Assembly (NCBI GenBank): GCA_012295275.1
Contig: CM022669.1
Location: forward strand, 7,688,001-7,752,000
Source of the DNA: Chrysomallon squamiferum
Taxonomy: Eukaryota > Animalia > Mollusca
Reading direction: 5' to 3'
Length of the DNA stretch: 64,000 nucleotides
Shown here piece by piece: positions 14,029 through 26,915 of the stretch (the first letter of the stretch is position 1; the number at the start of each line of letters is the position of its first letter). Position numbers and translations under genes: made by a program. Under the pieces are notes generated by a model that worked only from the letters and a program-made list of their open reading frames with translations, was not told the origin of the DNA and ran no database searches.

Positions 14029-17000
14029 CTACATTTTATATATTTATTTTTGACTTTTTCATTTATTATTATAATTAAGTAAATTTATATTGAAGATTGT
14101 TGTTTTCCTACAGGTATGGTCCTATACACACACTAACAGAGCCAGTATAGTGAGGATGTCACAGATCTGTCCTGAGTCAGAATTCAAGGAGTATGAAAAT
14201 AAGTTAGTATTTATATATATATATATATATATACACATAATAATTTTTTCCCCTTTCTTTACATTATATTAGTTCGAGATTTCTAACTAAATTCAGTTCA
14301 TTTTGATCGTATCGTTATATTTTATTTAACTGTAAACCTTTATTAAAGGTAAATGGTGATTCTGTAAATTTTATGTCATCAAAGATCAGCTAATAAGAAA
14401 ATATGTCTGTACTATTGCAGTTATGTAATTTTACCTTTTTTAATCTGCTCATCAAATCACAATGTAATAGAAAAGTAAAGTAATAAATTAAAAACATCAT
14501 AATCTATGAGAAATAACAACTCTGCAATTATTTATCTGAATAGTTTTGTAAGTGAATATATCATTAAGTTAGAAAAACATTTTTCTTTTATACTTTTTTT
14601 TTTTTGTATTTTATTGTTTTGTTTTCCTGTTTTTTTATGTTAAATTTATTTTGTTATTTATATATATGTTTTCCATATGATAAACAGTTTGAATACTGAC
14701 TTAGTTTCTGCCCTTTTTTTAAATTATGATAACCTGTAAGGCTGTTTCATTAACAAGCATGTGAAACATGGTGGTTGATGTTTCAGATCTTGAGGTTATT
14801 GCTTCTTTGTTCATTATCTTAAGTCACCTCTGTTTATATTTCATTATTTTTGTTAACTAGGACCAGTGTTTGCAGCTTCATAATTTTAGCAAATTAACTA
14901 AAACAAAAAAAGGAACCTGATAAAATAAAAACAATAATAAATCTTTCTACTTATTGTTAGAAAGAATAAAGACCAGAAATCTGTGATGAATCAGGGACAC
15001 AAATTTTTTTAATAATAATTCCTCTTAGATTATTTTAATTGTACTTTTGTCATATACTGTTTTTTTTTCTGGTTCTAAGGAATAACAAAGATGTTTTTCT
15101 TCATTTTCTGATTTAATAATTTAGTTTTCATAGCCTAATGTTAATTTTTTTTTTTTTTTTTTTTTTTCATTATCTTGAGTTGTGATATAAATAACAATGA
15201 CACTAAATCTGATTTATTTTGATTTTTCTGTTCAGAATATTGTCTGCAGTGAAGCAGTCATTGCCGGAATCATCCAAAGATCTTGAGGTCATTGACCTTT
15301 CAAAACAGTGCCCTTCAATTCATGACCTTCAACTCTCTTTTGAGAAACTGAAAGATATTTGTATGTCAGGTAATACAAATTGAAAAAAGAATTTATATGT
15401 AAACCTTTTAAACAGTGTCATTAACTGGATGATGTGTCCTTAAATATTTTATTTCACTATATTATTTTTTTTTCTGCTATTATTACTTCATTCATCTAAG
15501 ATTCAAATCAGGATGTAAAATGCATTTTTCACTGTTAATAATTAATTTTTTTAATTAACAAATGTATATTACTTTAGCTTCATCATTATTATTAGTGTTA
15601 TAATTATTTGAGAATTATTTATATTTTTTCTCTCTGTTTTTTTTTTTTAGATTGTATCTGCTTTTAAAATTTATTGACCTATTCTTTTTCCTCAGTATAT
15701 TTGTTTTATCTGTCTGTCTGTCCATTCATCAGTTACCTACATGTTTATTTACATTTTTGTTTTTGTTTTAGATTGTGTAAAAGACTTTATTAATCAGGAA
15801 ATGACGTGGTATTCATCTCTAGAAGCTTCACAGTGGTTGTTAAACATTTCGAGATGTTTTCATTGTGTCATCGATGTTGTAAACACTGTCTCTAATAAAC
15901 GTCAAACAGTTGTTTTGAAAGGTAGGACTGACAAAGATTTCTTTATCATCTTATCTCTCAGTGAATGAAGAAAAAAGTACTGTCCACTTGTTAATAAGTA
16001 GATCATGAAACATTCTTTGATTTATTTTTTTTCTGGTTTTGTTTTTAAATGACATTTTATCAAACTTTGATTTGAGCTTAACCTGAAACTGTGAGTAATT
16101 TTCAATCAGTAAACTTTGTTTGAATACGAATTTTCACCAGGATCTGAAATTCTGTATGAAATCTAATAAAATCAGGGAAAGTGTGTATTTTGATTTTCTG
16201 TTTTAGAAAAAACAAGTTTAAGATATGTTACTGATTCTGTGTCTTAAAAAACAACATCATCAGATTCAGATACATCACTGATTCTGTATTTTTCAATTAC
16301 TCATGTTGTAGTATCTTTTGTTGATTCTGTATTTCATAAGAATTGGGCTGTGGTATGTTTTTTCTATATTTTCTATATATAGTTCTATATTTTCTATATA
16401 TAGTTCTATATTTCAAAAGAATCACTTTTCAGATATTTTGTTGATTCATTTTTCAGAAGAATCAGATTGTGATATATTGTTTTATTTTGGCTTTTCTAAA
16501 GAATCAGATTGTGATTTTTATTTATTTATATATACATATATATATTTCACTTTATGCATTTCAGAAGAATCAGGTTGTGATATGTGCTGTGTTGTGACCT
16601 GCCTGTCCCAGCTTTGCCTCGACCCCCACTGCCGTACACAGGTGGGTTTTCAGAGTCTTGTTCAGAGAGAGTGGGTTGTGATGGGTCATCCGTTCCACAC
16701 CCGACTTGGCCTCAGTCTGGACTGTGAGGGTGAACAGGTAGCTGCAGTCTTTTTATCTTTTTAAAGTAATAACATTATATTAAATCATACTAACAACAAC
16801 TCTTAGAATTTAATAAATAAAAAAAATGTTTCTTTTTTTATTTATTTATTTTTAATATTTTTGTTGTGTGATGTGTGAAGTGATATTTAAAAACTCGTCA
16901 TTTAAAAATATCAGTGTAGTAATAAATCTGAGATATTTGTGAAAAGTTCATATTTGTGTGTGTGTGTGTTTCACCCATTGATAAGGATATAATAGATCAT

Positions 17001-17955
17001 ATGTAATAAAATATTTCACCTATTCTTTGACTAGTAACAAAGTATTATGTTTTTAACATTATTTAATTAATTTCCAGTTTGATGTCATTTCGTTCATTTT
17101 TAATGAAGATTATTTCACAAAACTTTATTCCTCTAGGCTCCTGTGTTTCTGTTTTTCCTCGACTGTGTCTGGCAGTTTCTCCAGCAGTTCCCGTCATCCT
17201 TTGCTTTCACCGAGACGTACTTGACAACTCTGTGGGACAGCGTCCACCTTGGCTTGTTCGAGACGTTCCTCTTCAACAACAGCCACCAACGACGCAAGTT
17301 CATGATGGAAGGCCGACGCCTCCGTCGTGTCAATTTGCCGAGTGTCTGGGACTGGAAAATCCAGTTCTCTGACGTCGACTTGACCCTCTTTAACAATCCC
17401 CTGTATGTGATGAAAGGCCAGTACAATTTCAACAACATTGTGAAAAGTGCAAAAGAAACTTTAAGACAAACAGGAGAGGTACTCCGTAACGATCTCTATA
17501 AAATGAAGCTTGCACACTTGTACAACGAAGATGATCACCTCTTTCAGGACCTGGATGCCGTACTGGTACCTCAAGACACAATATTATTTATCAAACTGTG
17601 GACTCAGTGTTTCCTCCGGTGGAATGTCCCTGCCCAAATTGTAGGGGGAGGTAACCCGTCCCAGTACCTTCAGCAGTGTTTGCTTGCAGAAGAGGTCATT
17701 CATCTCCAACACAAACTCAAAGTTTTGCAGACCGACTCTTTCAGGAAGAGATGTGTACGTCCAAAAAGTGATCTAATCTTCAGTTGTGGGGAGGAGAAGA
17801 ATTCAGCAGTCTATGAAAACTGTTTTCTCACCTCATCATTCCCCTTCAGTTCTGGCACTGGAATAAAAAACCACCAGGCAATTCTAGTAACACCCATAAC
17901 TTGCTATCTGGAAAATAGTACTATCACAAGTGATTATGGTTACGAAGATGATTAG
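4510..17955 (+). CDS. MTMR10: Myotubularin-related pseudophosphatase of the MTMR10/11/12 subfamily, about 741 aa. Exons 4510-4581, 5952-6014, 10287-10353, 10629-10768, 11310-11388, 11883-11965, 12562-12706, 13218-13341, 13732-13819, 14114-14202, 15236-15369, 15772-15921, 16565-16737, 17137-17955
   Basis: Contains an N-terminal FKSY motif, a PH-GRAM segment (SGHMFVTNFKIAF), WRVTEVNREF and LPEYFVVP, LDPHCRTQVGFQSLVQREWV and APVFLFFLDCVWQ. The active site is degenerate: LKEESGCDMCC in place of HCSDGWDRT. All 14 exons are phase-consistent (2226 nt). Probably co-orthologous to vertebrate MTMR10/11/12. Confidence 0.92.
6371..6443. repeat. (CA)n microsatellite
   Basis: Directly visible in the sequence. 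Confidence 0.95.
8080..8113. mobile_element. Possible piggyBac-like transposon terminus (single end only)
   Basis: A CpG-containing segment inside a CpG-poor intron ends in ...CGATAGGGTTAA, i.e. a GGG terminus plus TTAA. No convincing partner inverted repeat was found. Confidence 0.25.
16190..16585 (+). repeat. Degenerate minisatellite (about 40-45 nt units) built from the MTMR intron 12 / exon 13 junction
   Basis: Recurrent units resemble TTGATTCTGTATTTCAGAAGAATCAGATTGTGATAT. The clearest copies are near 16441, 16490 and 16555, the last being the real acceptor. Confidence 0.75.
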
Positions 17956-18799
17956 ATTAATTTTTAAAATTAAACAAAAAATATCTTTCAATAGTTGAGT
18001 TGGAGAATGCAGCTATTTAGATATGTAATACAAGGCACTTCTAAGAAATGTTAACGTTTATAAGGCACAAATGAAGATTCATGTCACACAGTCAGGATTA
18101 GGAATCTTTATTTTTTTTTTTCCCCACCGATCTTTTATATTTTTGTAGTTAAACTTATTTTAACTCCAAAATAATCATCAAAATTAAGGCAACCCACTGT
18201 TTCTGAAATCCGTGAAACGCAGTGGTGTTTTTAACAAACTCTGATGATTGTGTACCATGACAACATCAAATCCAAGATATCAGCAGAATATCTGAATTGT
18301 TTTTCTAATCACAGGAGAATTAAAAAAAAAAAAAAAAAAGCTGTGTCTTGTAAGTGTTAACTGTCTGAAGCAGCCTCTATGATGTATATTTAAATATATT
18401 TAAATTATTTTGTTCTGTTTTTAAAATTTATCTTCTTCTTTTTTTAGTAGCCATAAAAAAATATTATTCAAATGTGATATATAATCCCTGTTTGTTATTA
18501 TGAACATATCAAAAGTGACTTTTTGTTTTTGTTATTTTTATTGATCTCTGTAAGTGGAGAGTTTCACCTGTAATATGTAAATGTCTTCTCAGAGAAAATC
18601 TAGCTACTCAGATGAATACAAATTTCTTTTTTCATTTGACTTACTTTATACCTTTCTTTCCAAAGCCTATCTGTATAGATATTTTAAAATTTTAAATCCT
18701 GTTTTATTATTTTATTTCAAATGAAAATAAAATAAAATCGATGGTTTTCAATAGCTCATTTTCAAAAATATTCTACATTCATTGAAAGATTTAAACTCC

Positions 18800-19200
18800 C
18801 TTCAAAGTTAAACATAATATTACCTTGTGATATTTACTATTAAATATGCGGTGCATTCATATTTCCTTCTTAACCTACCTACCATTTTACATAAACATGC
18901 CATATTCATAATCCCTTGTGTCATATTAACATTAACATTAAATATATCAGTGATATTCCCTCCTACATTAGTTAACATCCAGCTGCAATTAAACATGTCA
19001 TATATATAGTAGTCTTCCCTACAATATCATACATAACTGTTAACAAAAACATGCTACATTAATATTCTCTCCAGTATTAACTGCCATATTTATAGGCACT
19101 CCCATAATTGTCACATATTATCAAACATTTCACATTCATAGTCACTTCCATCACATTACTATTAAATATGCCACAATCACATTTTCTCCTCACCTCCTTT
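18800..19200. repeat. Highly degenerate tandem repeat with strand-biased (C-rich +) composition
   Basis: A TAAAYATGCYAYATT-like core recurs at roughly 45-55 nt spacing. Confidence 0.45.
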
Positions 19201-19646
19201 AACAACTTTAAGAATATAAATACTATTATTTATTAGATAATGTTTCAGAACCCATATATTATTGATAATTCATTATAAATCATTTTATATCATCTCTGAA
19301 TATCTAGCTACTACATTATAAAGGCATGGACTTACTTTTTATTAAAAACGTTAGTGATGTCTTAATGAACAAAATGCTTTCAAAAAAGTAATAAAGACAT
19401 ACCAGTGCATGCATATGCATATGCATGAATATTCACAAGCACCCACACATATGCATTCACAAACACACACCTACTTTGCTGGTTTTTTGTTTCAATTTTT
19501 TATGAGTTTTATAACCAAGACTGTAAAACTTACCTGAGTGAAAACTAAAACAGGGTCCCATTACTTGTTTCCATTTTGTATATTTTATGGCATATTTGGT
19601 GATATTGTTTATAAGTATATATATAATAGAGAGAGATATGTATGTG

Positions 19647-19724
<78 letters not shown>

Positions 19725-19745
19725 TATGTATATATATATATATAT
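19647..19745. repeat. Compound (TA)n/(GA)n microsatellite
   Basis: Directly visible; it produces the ERERER and LSLSLS ORFs in the track. Confidence 0.95.
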
Positions 19746-22700
19746 AGAATATGCATGATAACATGTATAGTGGTTTTGTTTATATAATTATGTTACTGTT
19801 GTGAAATCTGACTGTATATTTTGCTATAAAATGTAAAGAATGAGAAAATTAGATTTATAAAAAGAAAATATTTATATTGTATATTATACATTCATATATT
19901 TTAAAAAATAACAATAAAACTAATTTATAATGTTGGTTACATTATTTAAATCACCATAACTGCTTATAGGTATTCGGAAATCTAGAAAGGAAATTTTGAG
20001 AGTGTGTAGGCTTAATTTGGTTTAAAAAATTAGGAGCCATTTACTTATATTGAAATTACCTGTTGTTCAGTGTTACTAGAATCCAGATTATTTACTTATC
20101 GTGTGTGTGTGTGTGTGTGTGCGTGCGTGCGCGTCCATGCATACATGTGCATGCTTGGGAGAGAAACATTTGACAATGAAAACACTGACAGTGTGTAGTT
20201 AGATGTGAAAGAGGGAATGGGGAGGAAGAAGAGTAAATATGGGAATCTTCTTGAAGAATTATTTTTAGTTTAAAATGAAAAATTAATTTTTACTGGTAAC
20301 AGTCAACAGATGTGGTTTCTAACAAAAATATGATAGGAAGACAGCAGTCACCTCTCAAAGTCTTTTAGATATATATATAAATTAAGTTTTCCTCTTTTTT
20401 CACTTGTTTTTTTTTTTAAGGTATTTAACAATAGATAGATAAGTTCACACCATGATGGCCTTTGATAAAATATGCTTGGGAACAGGCTTGAATCAGAAAC
20501 ATTTCAGCTGGAACACTGAAGAGGTTTGGTCTAGTAAGTTAACACTTCATGCCTGCACCAGCAATAGATGTGCAACATGTTGCTTTTAAATATATGTATG
20601 CAATTTAATACTTCTCATTTCCATCCAAGTATTTTATTCTTGAAAGCAAGACTGTCATGCATGTTATGTAAGCCAGAATGATTGCATTTGTTTATTTTAA
20701 AATTTTACTGGATTTTTTTTTTTTTTTTTTTTTTTCCACTGCATATTAAAATGTGTACAAGACATTTCTTTTCTAGAGATGAATTAAACTGCCTGTCAGG
20801 TGAGAATCTGGAAACAGGTGTAACAGTGTAATAAGGAATAACATACTTGAAACTAATCATTTAATAATCAAATGTTGAACAAAAACAGTTGTCATTTAAT
20901 GTTATTAAAGATATTAAAAGTTTTACAAGAGTGATTTGTTATTTATATGACTGAAAATGAGATCATTTTGAAAAGATTAATTAAATGGGGTTTTTTTTCA
21001 CACTAATATTACCAAACTAATATGTAATGATTAATATGAAAATCAATAACATCAGTGATAACAACAAAATAAGTTATTTACGCATATAACAAAATGTTAT
21101 TAGTAGATTTAAACATCTGACAGTCATGGTACTGTTGTCTTAGTCTGGCTGAATTAGGAAGATCAGTACTTGTTTTATATGGAACTGCCCAACTGGATCA
21201 AAAAGTAATTAAATTTTTAAAATTATAAAAAGGTATCTAAAATTTGTGCATTTATTACACAAATGAACCACTATTAAATTTCTTTCAGCATGCAACACAA
21301 AACATTTTTTCATATAAATTATTTTTTTAGCAGCCTGACCACTCTTTGGCTGCTTTAGAGCATGACCCTTGAGGCCTTTGGTGCCATAGGAGTCTTCCAA
21401 CAGATTAGCTAGACTGCATGTCAATAAAAAAAAAACTATGTATCTATCTGACCCGTTTTTATTAGTTCAGGATGAATGGCCTGAGGCTGCCGCGAAGAAG
21501 AAAATGGCTTACTGATGAACTCAAATACAGACTTTACTACTTTAAAAAAAAAAAAAAAAGGTAGGGCGATGATGAGTATTTCAATATTAAAAAGAAAACA
21601 AGACAAATATTACATAGGCAAGTTACAGTTTATTGGCAATGTTTTCATTTCATTAGGAACTGGAAGAAGTATCACCTTTCTTCTATGCTCAGGTAATTTC
21701 CCTTCCACTGCAAGTTACAAAATAAATGATTTGCATGTGTTTTTATTATATCATGTGAAAGTTACAGTGAACTTAGCCAGTACGAGGTGGAGATAAGAAT
21801 TTAACATTATTAAATTTCATATCTGTTCACAATACAGCTGAAAACAAAATGAAATAGTGTAATATTAAAAACAGATCTGTGAAGACATTATTCACTTTAG
21901 ATACTAAGTAAAAAATGTATGTTCTACAGCTGTTAACAATTACTTTGAGAACTATACTTTAATTTCTTTTTTATTTAATTCTTAAAATATCTAATGTTAG
22001 GATTTTGTTATATAGTAATAAGATCACCCAATATAATCTTCTTTATCAAAAATAAATTTTTACTATTGTAAGCGAAATGACATTTTGTATTCATTATTAT
22101 TATTATTATTATTATTATACTAGTCATTTAAATAAAAGAAACAGAATAAAACAAAATCTCTGCTATTGATTATTCCAAATAGCATTTAACAGAATGTTTC
22201 CTGAAAAATATATACAATACCATAAATTCCTAAAAAAAAAAAATTGTCCAACTCTGCCTTATGATGTTTGAATAACATAATTGTGGCCTATTTGATGTTT
22301 AAACTATCAATCAAATTATCCTTGCAAGTATAAATAACAAAGTTAAGCTTTTAACAATATGTTTGGTCACAAAATCAATTTGTAACATAGTGTCATGCAG
22401 TGAAACAGGTTGATAATGAAATATACTTGTAGTGAAATGAATTTAACAAAACATGAATACAGCAAAATTTGAGCAATTAACCAGAGTGCTGTTTTGTGTA
22501 TTTCATTCTTTCATTTCCACATTAATTTATTACACAAATTACTAACTGAATTTTCCACATTAACACAGACATTATCTTATTACCACAGAATATTTTTTAA
22601 CATAAAAATTTATCAACAGTTTTCAACATTATTTTTTAATTTTAACGAATTTCTATTAAAAGAACTGTTCAAAAAATAAGTAAAAGTAATTTATAACTAA

Positions 22701-23132
22701 CTTACAAAAGATTAAAGGCTGCTTCTCTTGTTCTTTAGTAATGCAACATATATTTATTATGTAATGTTTTAATATAAAAATATTAATAACCTTCCTTCTT
22801 AATGTGGTATGAAAAATGAGGGTACAAAAAGTGAGAATTAAATAAATTATGAATTTACTGATAGCAAAAAAAAAAAAAAAAGAAAGAAAAGAAATTCCAC
22901 CAATGTGGTATTTCTTTTCTCTAAACATAATTGTGCTTATCTGAATCTAAAGTATGGAGAATGAACACAATACAATGAGAAACAAAATTACATAATAAGC
23001 TAGCATCCTCTAAATTGATGATCAGTGAACATTTGAAACAAAGTAACAATAAATCTGCTCTCATTACAACTGTTACACTGTCTATCTCAGTAAGCTGTCA
23101 TTTTGAAGTTGTTCATTACAAGCAGGTGACCC

Positions 23133-25290
23133 TCACTCTAGTTCTCTTACAGCTTCATCTATCTCGTCCATCTGGTCTTTTAGACTATTCCACTGTTCTA
23201 ACGTCAATGAGATTCCTTCACAAAAAAAATTAAAAGTGAAATAAACAGAAATAATTGAGTTGTATTATTTTGATTAGACAACAAAAATCTTGAACATTAT
23301 TTCAAATTTTGCATCCACAAAGTTCATTAATAAAAAAAAAAAATAGAAAAATGTAAATTAAACAAAAATGTGACAGTGATTTATTATACTGTTTCTACAA
23401 TAATTTAAAAAAAAAATACATCCCAGTTCTAAATTAACAAAGAATCAAACCAGGAATACACATTTAAGTTGTGTTTCAACATCAATCTTTCATTTCCAAA
23501 GAATTCAAAAATTTCAGAGGTAATTTTTTTTTATTTATTCATGAAATATCTGTTTTCACTTATTTACAAAATTTATATTCTTATTATTATTTTAAATTTA
23601 TTTATTTATTTATTTATTTTGTTTTTATTTTTTCTTCTTCTTCTTTTTTTTCTTCTTTTTTTTTTTATATATATATATATATTTCTACAGAAAATAAATA
23701 AATACATAAATAAAAGCACATTCTATAAACAGATGTTTTTAATTCAGTTTCTAAACATTTTGTAAAAAGTAATAACCTTTTTTCCCTGGTCTAAGTTCTC
23801 CATCACTTTCATAGTACTCTCTGATTCCTACCATCACTTTTCCACGAAACTCACTAACAGTAGCATATCTCATCTTAGACAACTGAAATAAAAATCAGTT
23901 TATTTAGTCCAACAAAACTATTACATAATATTGATGAATTCTGGATTATCAGCACTTAGTAATTTTGATAAATATAAATTATAATTTTTTACAGTAGACC
24001 TGATATATATTTCCATTAGCAGAAAGAAGCATTTTATATTCAAATTTCCAGCTACAGGAAAGCACATGTTTTAAACAAATGTGAACTTTCTACACCATAT
24101 ATGTCCATTGGATTTTTTTTTTTTAAGTTACAGTTCATATTTTTACTTGTTATTGGAGTCCAGGAATTTATCTTTTCCTGACAGGCAATAAGTGTTCACT
24201 AGTAATTCAATTTTAATTGGATTTATTTTTTTATAATTATTAAAAGACTAGGAACATAAAAACATAATCATTATGAAAAAAAATTCTGTCAACAAAAATG
24301 AACAGTAACTGCACATGAACACAGAGAAACTTGAAACTGCTGCATGTGAATATGTAAGTAGATAAATATGGTGATGTTACATAATGTAATCAATATTATA
24401 AATTAGTTTTTTTAAATACATGCATATTGATGATATTCTATATATATATATAATTTATAATATACCTCCATTCATTCATACAATCACTTACTGGTGTCTT
24501 ATTGTTGTCTCTCTTTCTTTTTTAATATGTACACACACACATATAATTTTATATATCACTGAGAATTATTTTACCACAGAAAAAAGCAAAGTTATGTGGC
24601 TGTAAAAAGCTTCCCACCTGAAACATGTTTTCTCCAGAAGATGACTTTGCTGCTTTTTTCTTTTCATTTTTCTCCACTTTCTTCTCAGGCTTTTTCTCGA
24701 CCTTCTTCTTTTTTGGTTTAGGCTAAAATATTCATCATTAAATATGGTTGTCATAAGAAAAATGGCAGCTGAAAAATGACAAAACTTTTCAGAAAACCAA
24801 AAATTCTATTACGGTATATCTTTCAATCGTGTATTTATACAAATAATACCCAATACATTTTGTTTGCTTTTTTTTCTAATAACAGAATGAAAATGAAATA
24901 ACATTTTATATTAAAATTTACAAATACTGAGTATATGCAAGTGCTAGAATGAAAAAAGCAAATACATGATGATGTTTTGAACTGTTTTGTACTGACTAAC
25001 AAAATTGACATGATAGTTGTGTTTGATACAGTATGACTATGAGTATAAGAAGATCCTGCCATCACTTTAATAATTGGTTATGTTTTTCACTACAAAGTTA
25101 TACAAATGACAAGGAAATATAACTTTTCTATGGATTCATAATGAAAAGCTTATTCACGCTATTGACATGTATTGTCTGTATGAAGAAACAAAACAAAAAA
25201 GGTATAAACGCTGTTTTAGTATTTACAACATACCTCCGTGTCGGAACATGAATCATCAGATGAAGTTAGGAATTCTTTAGACTTCGGCAT
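23133..25290 (-). CDS. SUB1: Transcriptional coactivator PC4/SUB1, 116 aa. Coding exons 25290-25234, 24722-24618, 23882-23777, 23215-23133; a non-coding first exon probably ends near 25705
   Basis: [19 protein letters not shown] (Ser/acidic N-terminus), a Lys-rich linker, then the PC4 ssDNA-binding domain [27 protein letters not shown]...[28 protein letters not shown]. Confidence 0.95.
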
Positions 25291-25699
25291 AGCCCTCACA
25301 AGAGACTGTCTGAAATATAAATTTAATTCATAATAAATAAATAATAATTATCTCAGTTATCATTGTCTGTGACCAAGGGGATTAATTAGTGCAACACATC
25401 CTCCGATTCTTTGCTGTTGTTAATGCTAATCTGAGAGAGAGTGAGAGAGAGATTATCAACAAATTGAATAATCTGAAAAACAGTGAAAGAGAAAGTAAAC
25501 AGACGCTAAATAAAAAAAAACAGCAAAAAGTCGCCAGTCGGCATATTTAAAATAAATTGTACATTATTATGATCATACATATTTCAGTATATTATTCTTA
25601 AAATACTCGGCATAAAAAGAAAAAACATTCTGATGTTACTGCTAGTTTACCTTTTAAGAACTGTTTCTAGAACGATATCAAATTTGAACAGAATAGAGA

Positions 25700-25879
25700 C
25701 CTACTTAATTTAGACTGATTCACTATACATTTTTCTTTAAATATCCGAATATCAGTTGATTGCAACGTTACACTTTACGAAAACCAGTCTGCATTGATGA
25801 CGCCTAAAATTGGGATCTTTTTATGCGCATTCTCTTTATGCTATTCAAGAGAAGAGAAAATAATCCCGACAGAGAAAAA

Positions 25880-25947
<68 letters not shown>

Positions 25948-26915
25948 GAATGATAATAAATAAAACCAACCTCAGCTAAAGCCCTCTTTTAAATGAATTT
26001 AGAGTGCCAAAAACGCACAACTTTAATTTGTTCAACGAATTTAGTAAGCTTTGTTAAGAATTTTTAAAGTGTTGGTACTTAGATGTTTTGTTATATTGCG
26101 TAATTGCAATATATATTATTTATCATTGTGGTAATAATATATGTTATGCGATGAGTGTATCTGCATTCAATGATTCGAATTTTGATTTGGTAGATATATT
26201 ACTTAAGCGGCTTTGTTCGAGGGATATATATATTTTTTCAATATTTTTTTTTTCTCACATACATGGTTGTTTATAATTTGTCCAATATTTTTATAATGTC
26301 TAAATATACAATCAAAACTTCGAAAATAAAAATTATAATAATTATTTATTAAATTATTCGTGTTATCAACACATTTTAATAATTATGTATGTTTTTCTTT
26401 AAAGCTAAAAAATTAACTCTGTTCTCCAAATACTTTTTTATTCTCAAATTCAGCCACTAAATATTTAGTTTCTATATTCCTTTTAATTAATTACACAGTT
26501 ATAATTATGATGAGAAAATTAATTATTTCACTCCGTTAACTAATCGTCTAATTACTAAATTCTTAATTTACATTCAGTTTGAATTAAAATATTATAACAG
26601 AAGTTTCATTGTCTTTTTTTACCCTGTGAGCTGTAAAATGATTTCCATATTTTATAACAGAAAAGAGAATATTGGAAAATTATTCTGTCGAAAATAGGCC
26701 AGAAGAAAACTAGCAAAAGACATCCACAGACATTTTCACTGGCGTTCGCATTTTAGATGTTATCATGAAATTCAACAATTATTTCCATTCTACTGTTACA
26801 TTTAAGTTACACAACGTGAAGAAGCGACCAATTATTTTTCTTTAGCCGTCTTGGGCTTTGACCACGTCAAAACTTTTTCTTGGTTATCAAGGAAGGTGTT
26901 TTTATCGTCGGGACA
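25700..26915. promoter_or_regulatory. Divergent promoter region between SUB1 (-) and SERF (+)
   Basis: Head-to-head gene arrangement, retained CpG, and CRE half-sites at 25798 (TGACG) and about 26863 (ACGTCA). Confidence 0.55.
25885..25944. repeat. (TAA)n microsatellite
   Basis: Directly visible in the sequence. Confidence 0.95.

Noticed and set aside
17079-17438. Overlapping alternative-frame and antisense ORFs over the last MTMR exon
   Set aside because: Explained by local GC/CpG richness of real coding sequence; no recognisable protein.
19457-19787. Low-complexity ORFs here and elsewhere (e.g. 2403-2628, 23469-23765, 25794-25979, 42077-42462, 58269-58678, 61801-62044)
   Set aside because: They are translations of microsatellites and poly-A/T tracts.
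21510-21600. CTGATGA as a hammerhead ribozyme core or C/D snoRNA box
   Set aside because: No stem II followed by GAAA, and no properly placed D box or terminal stem.
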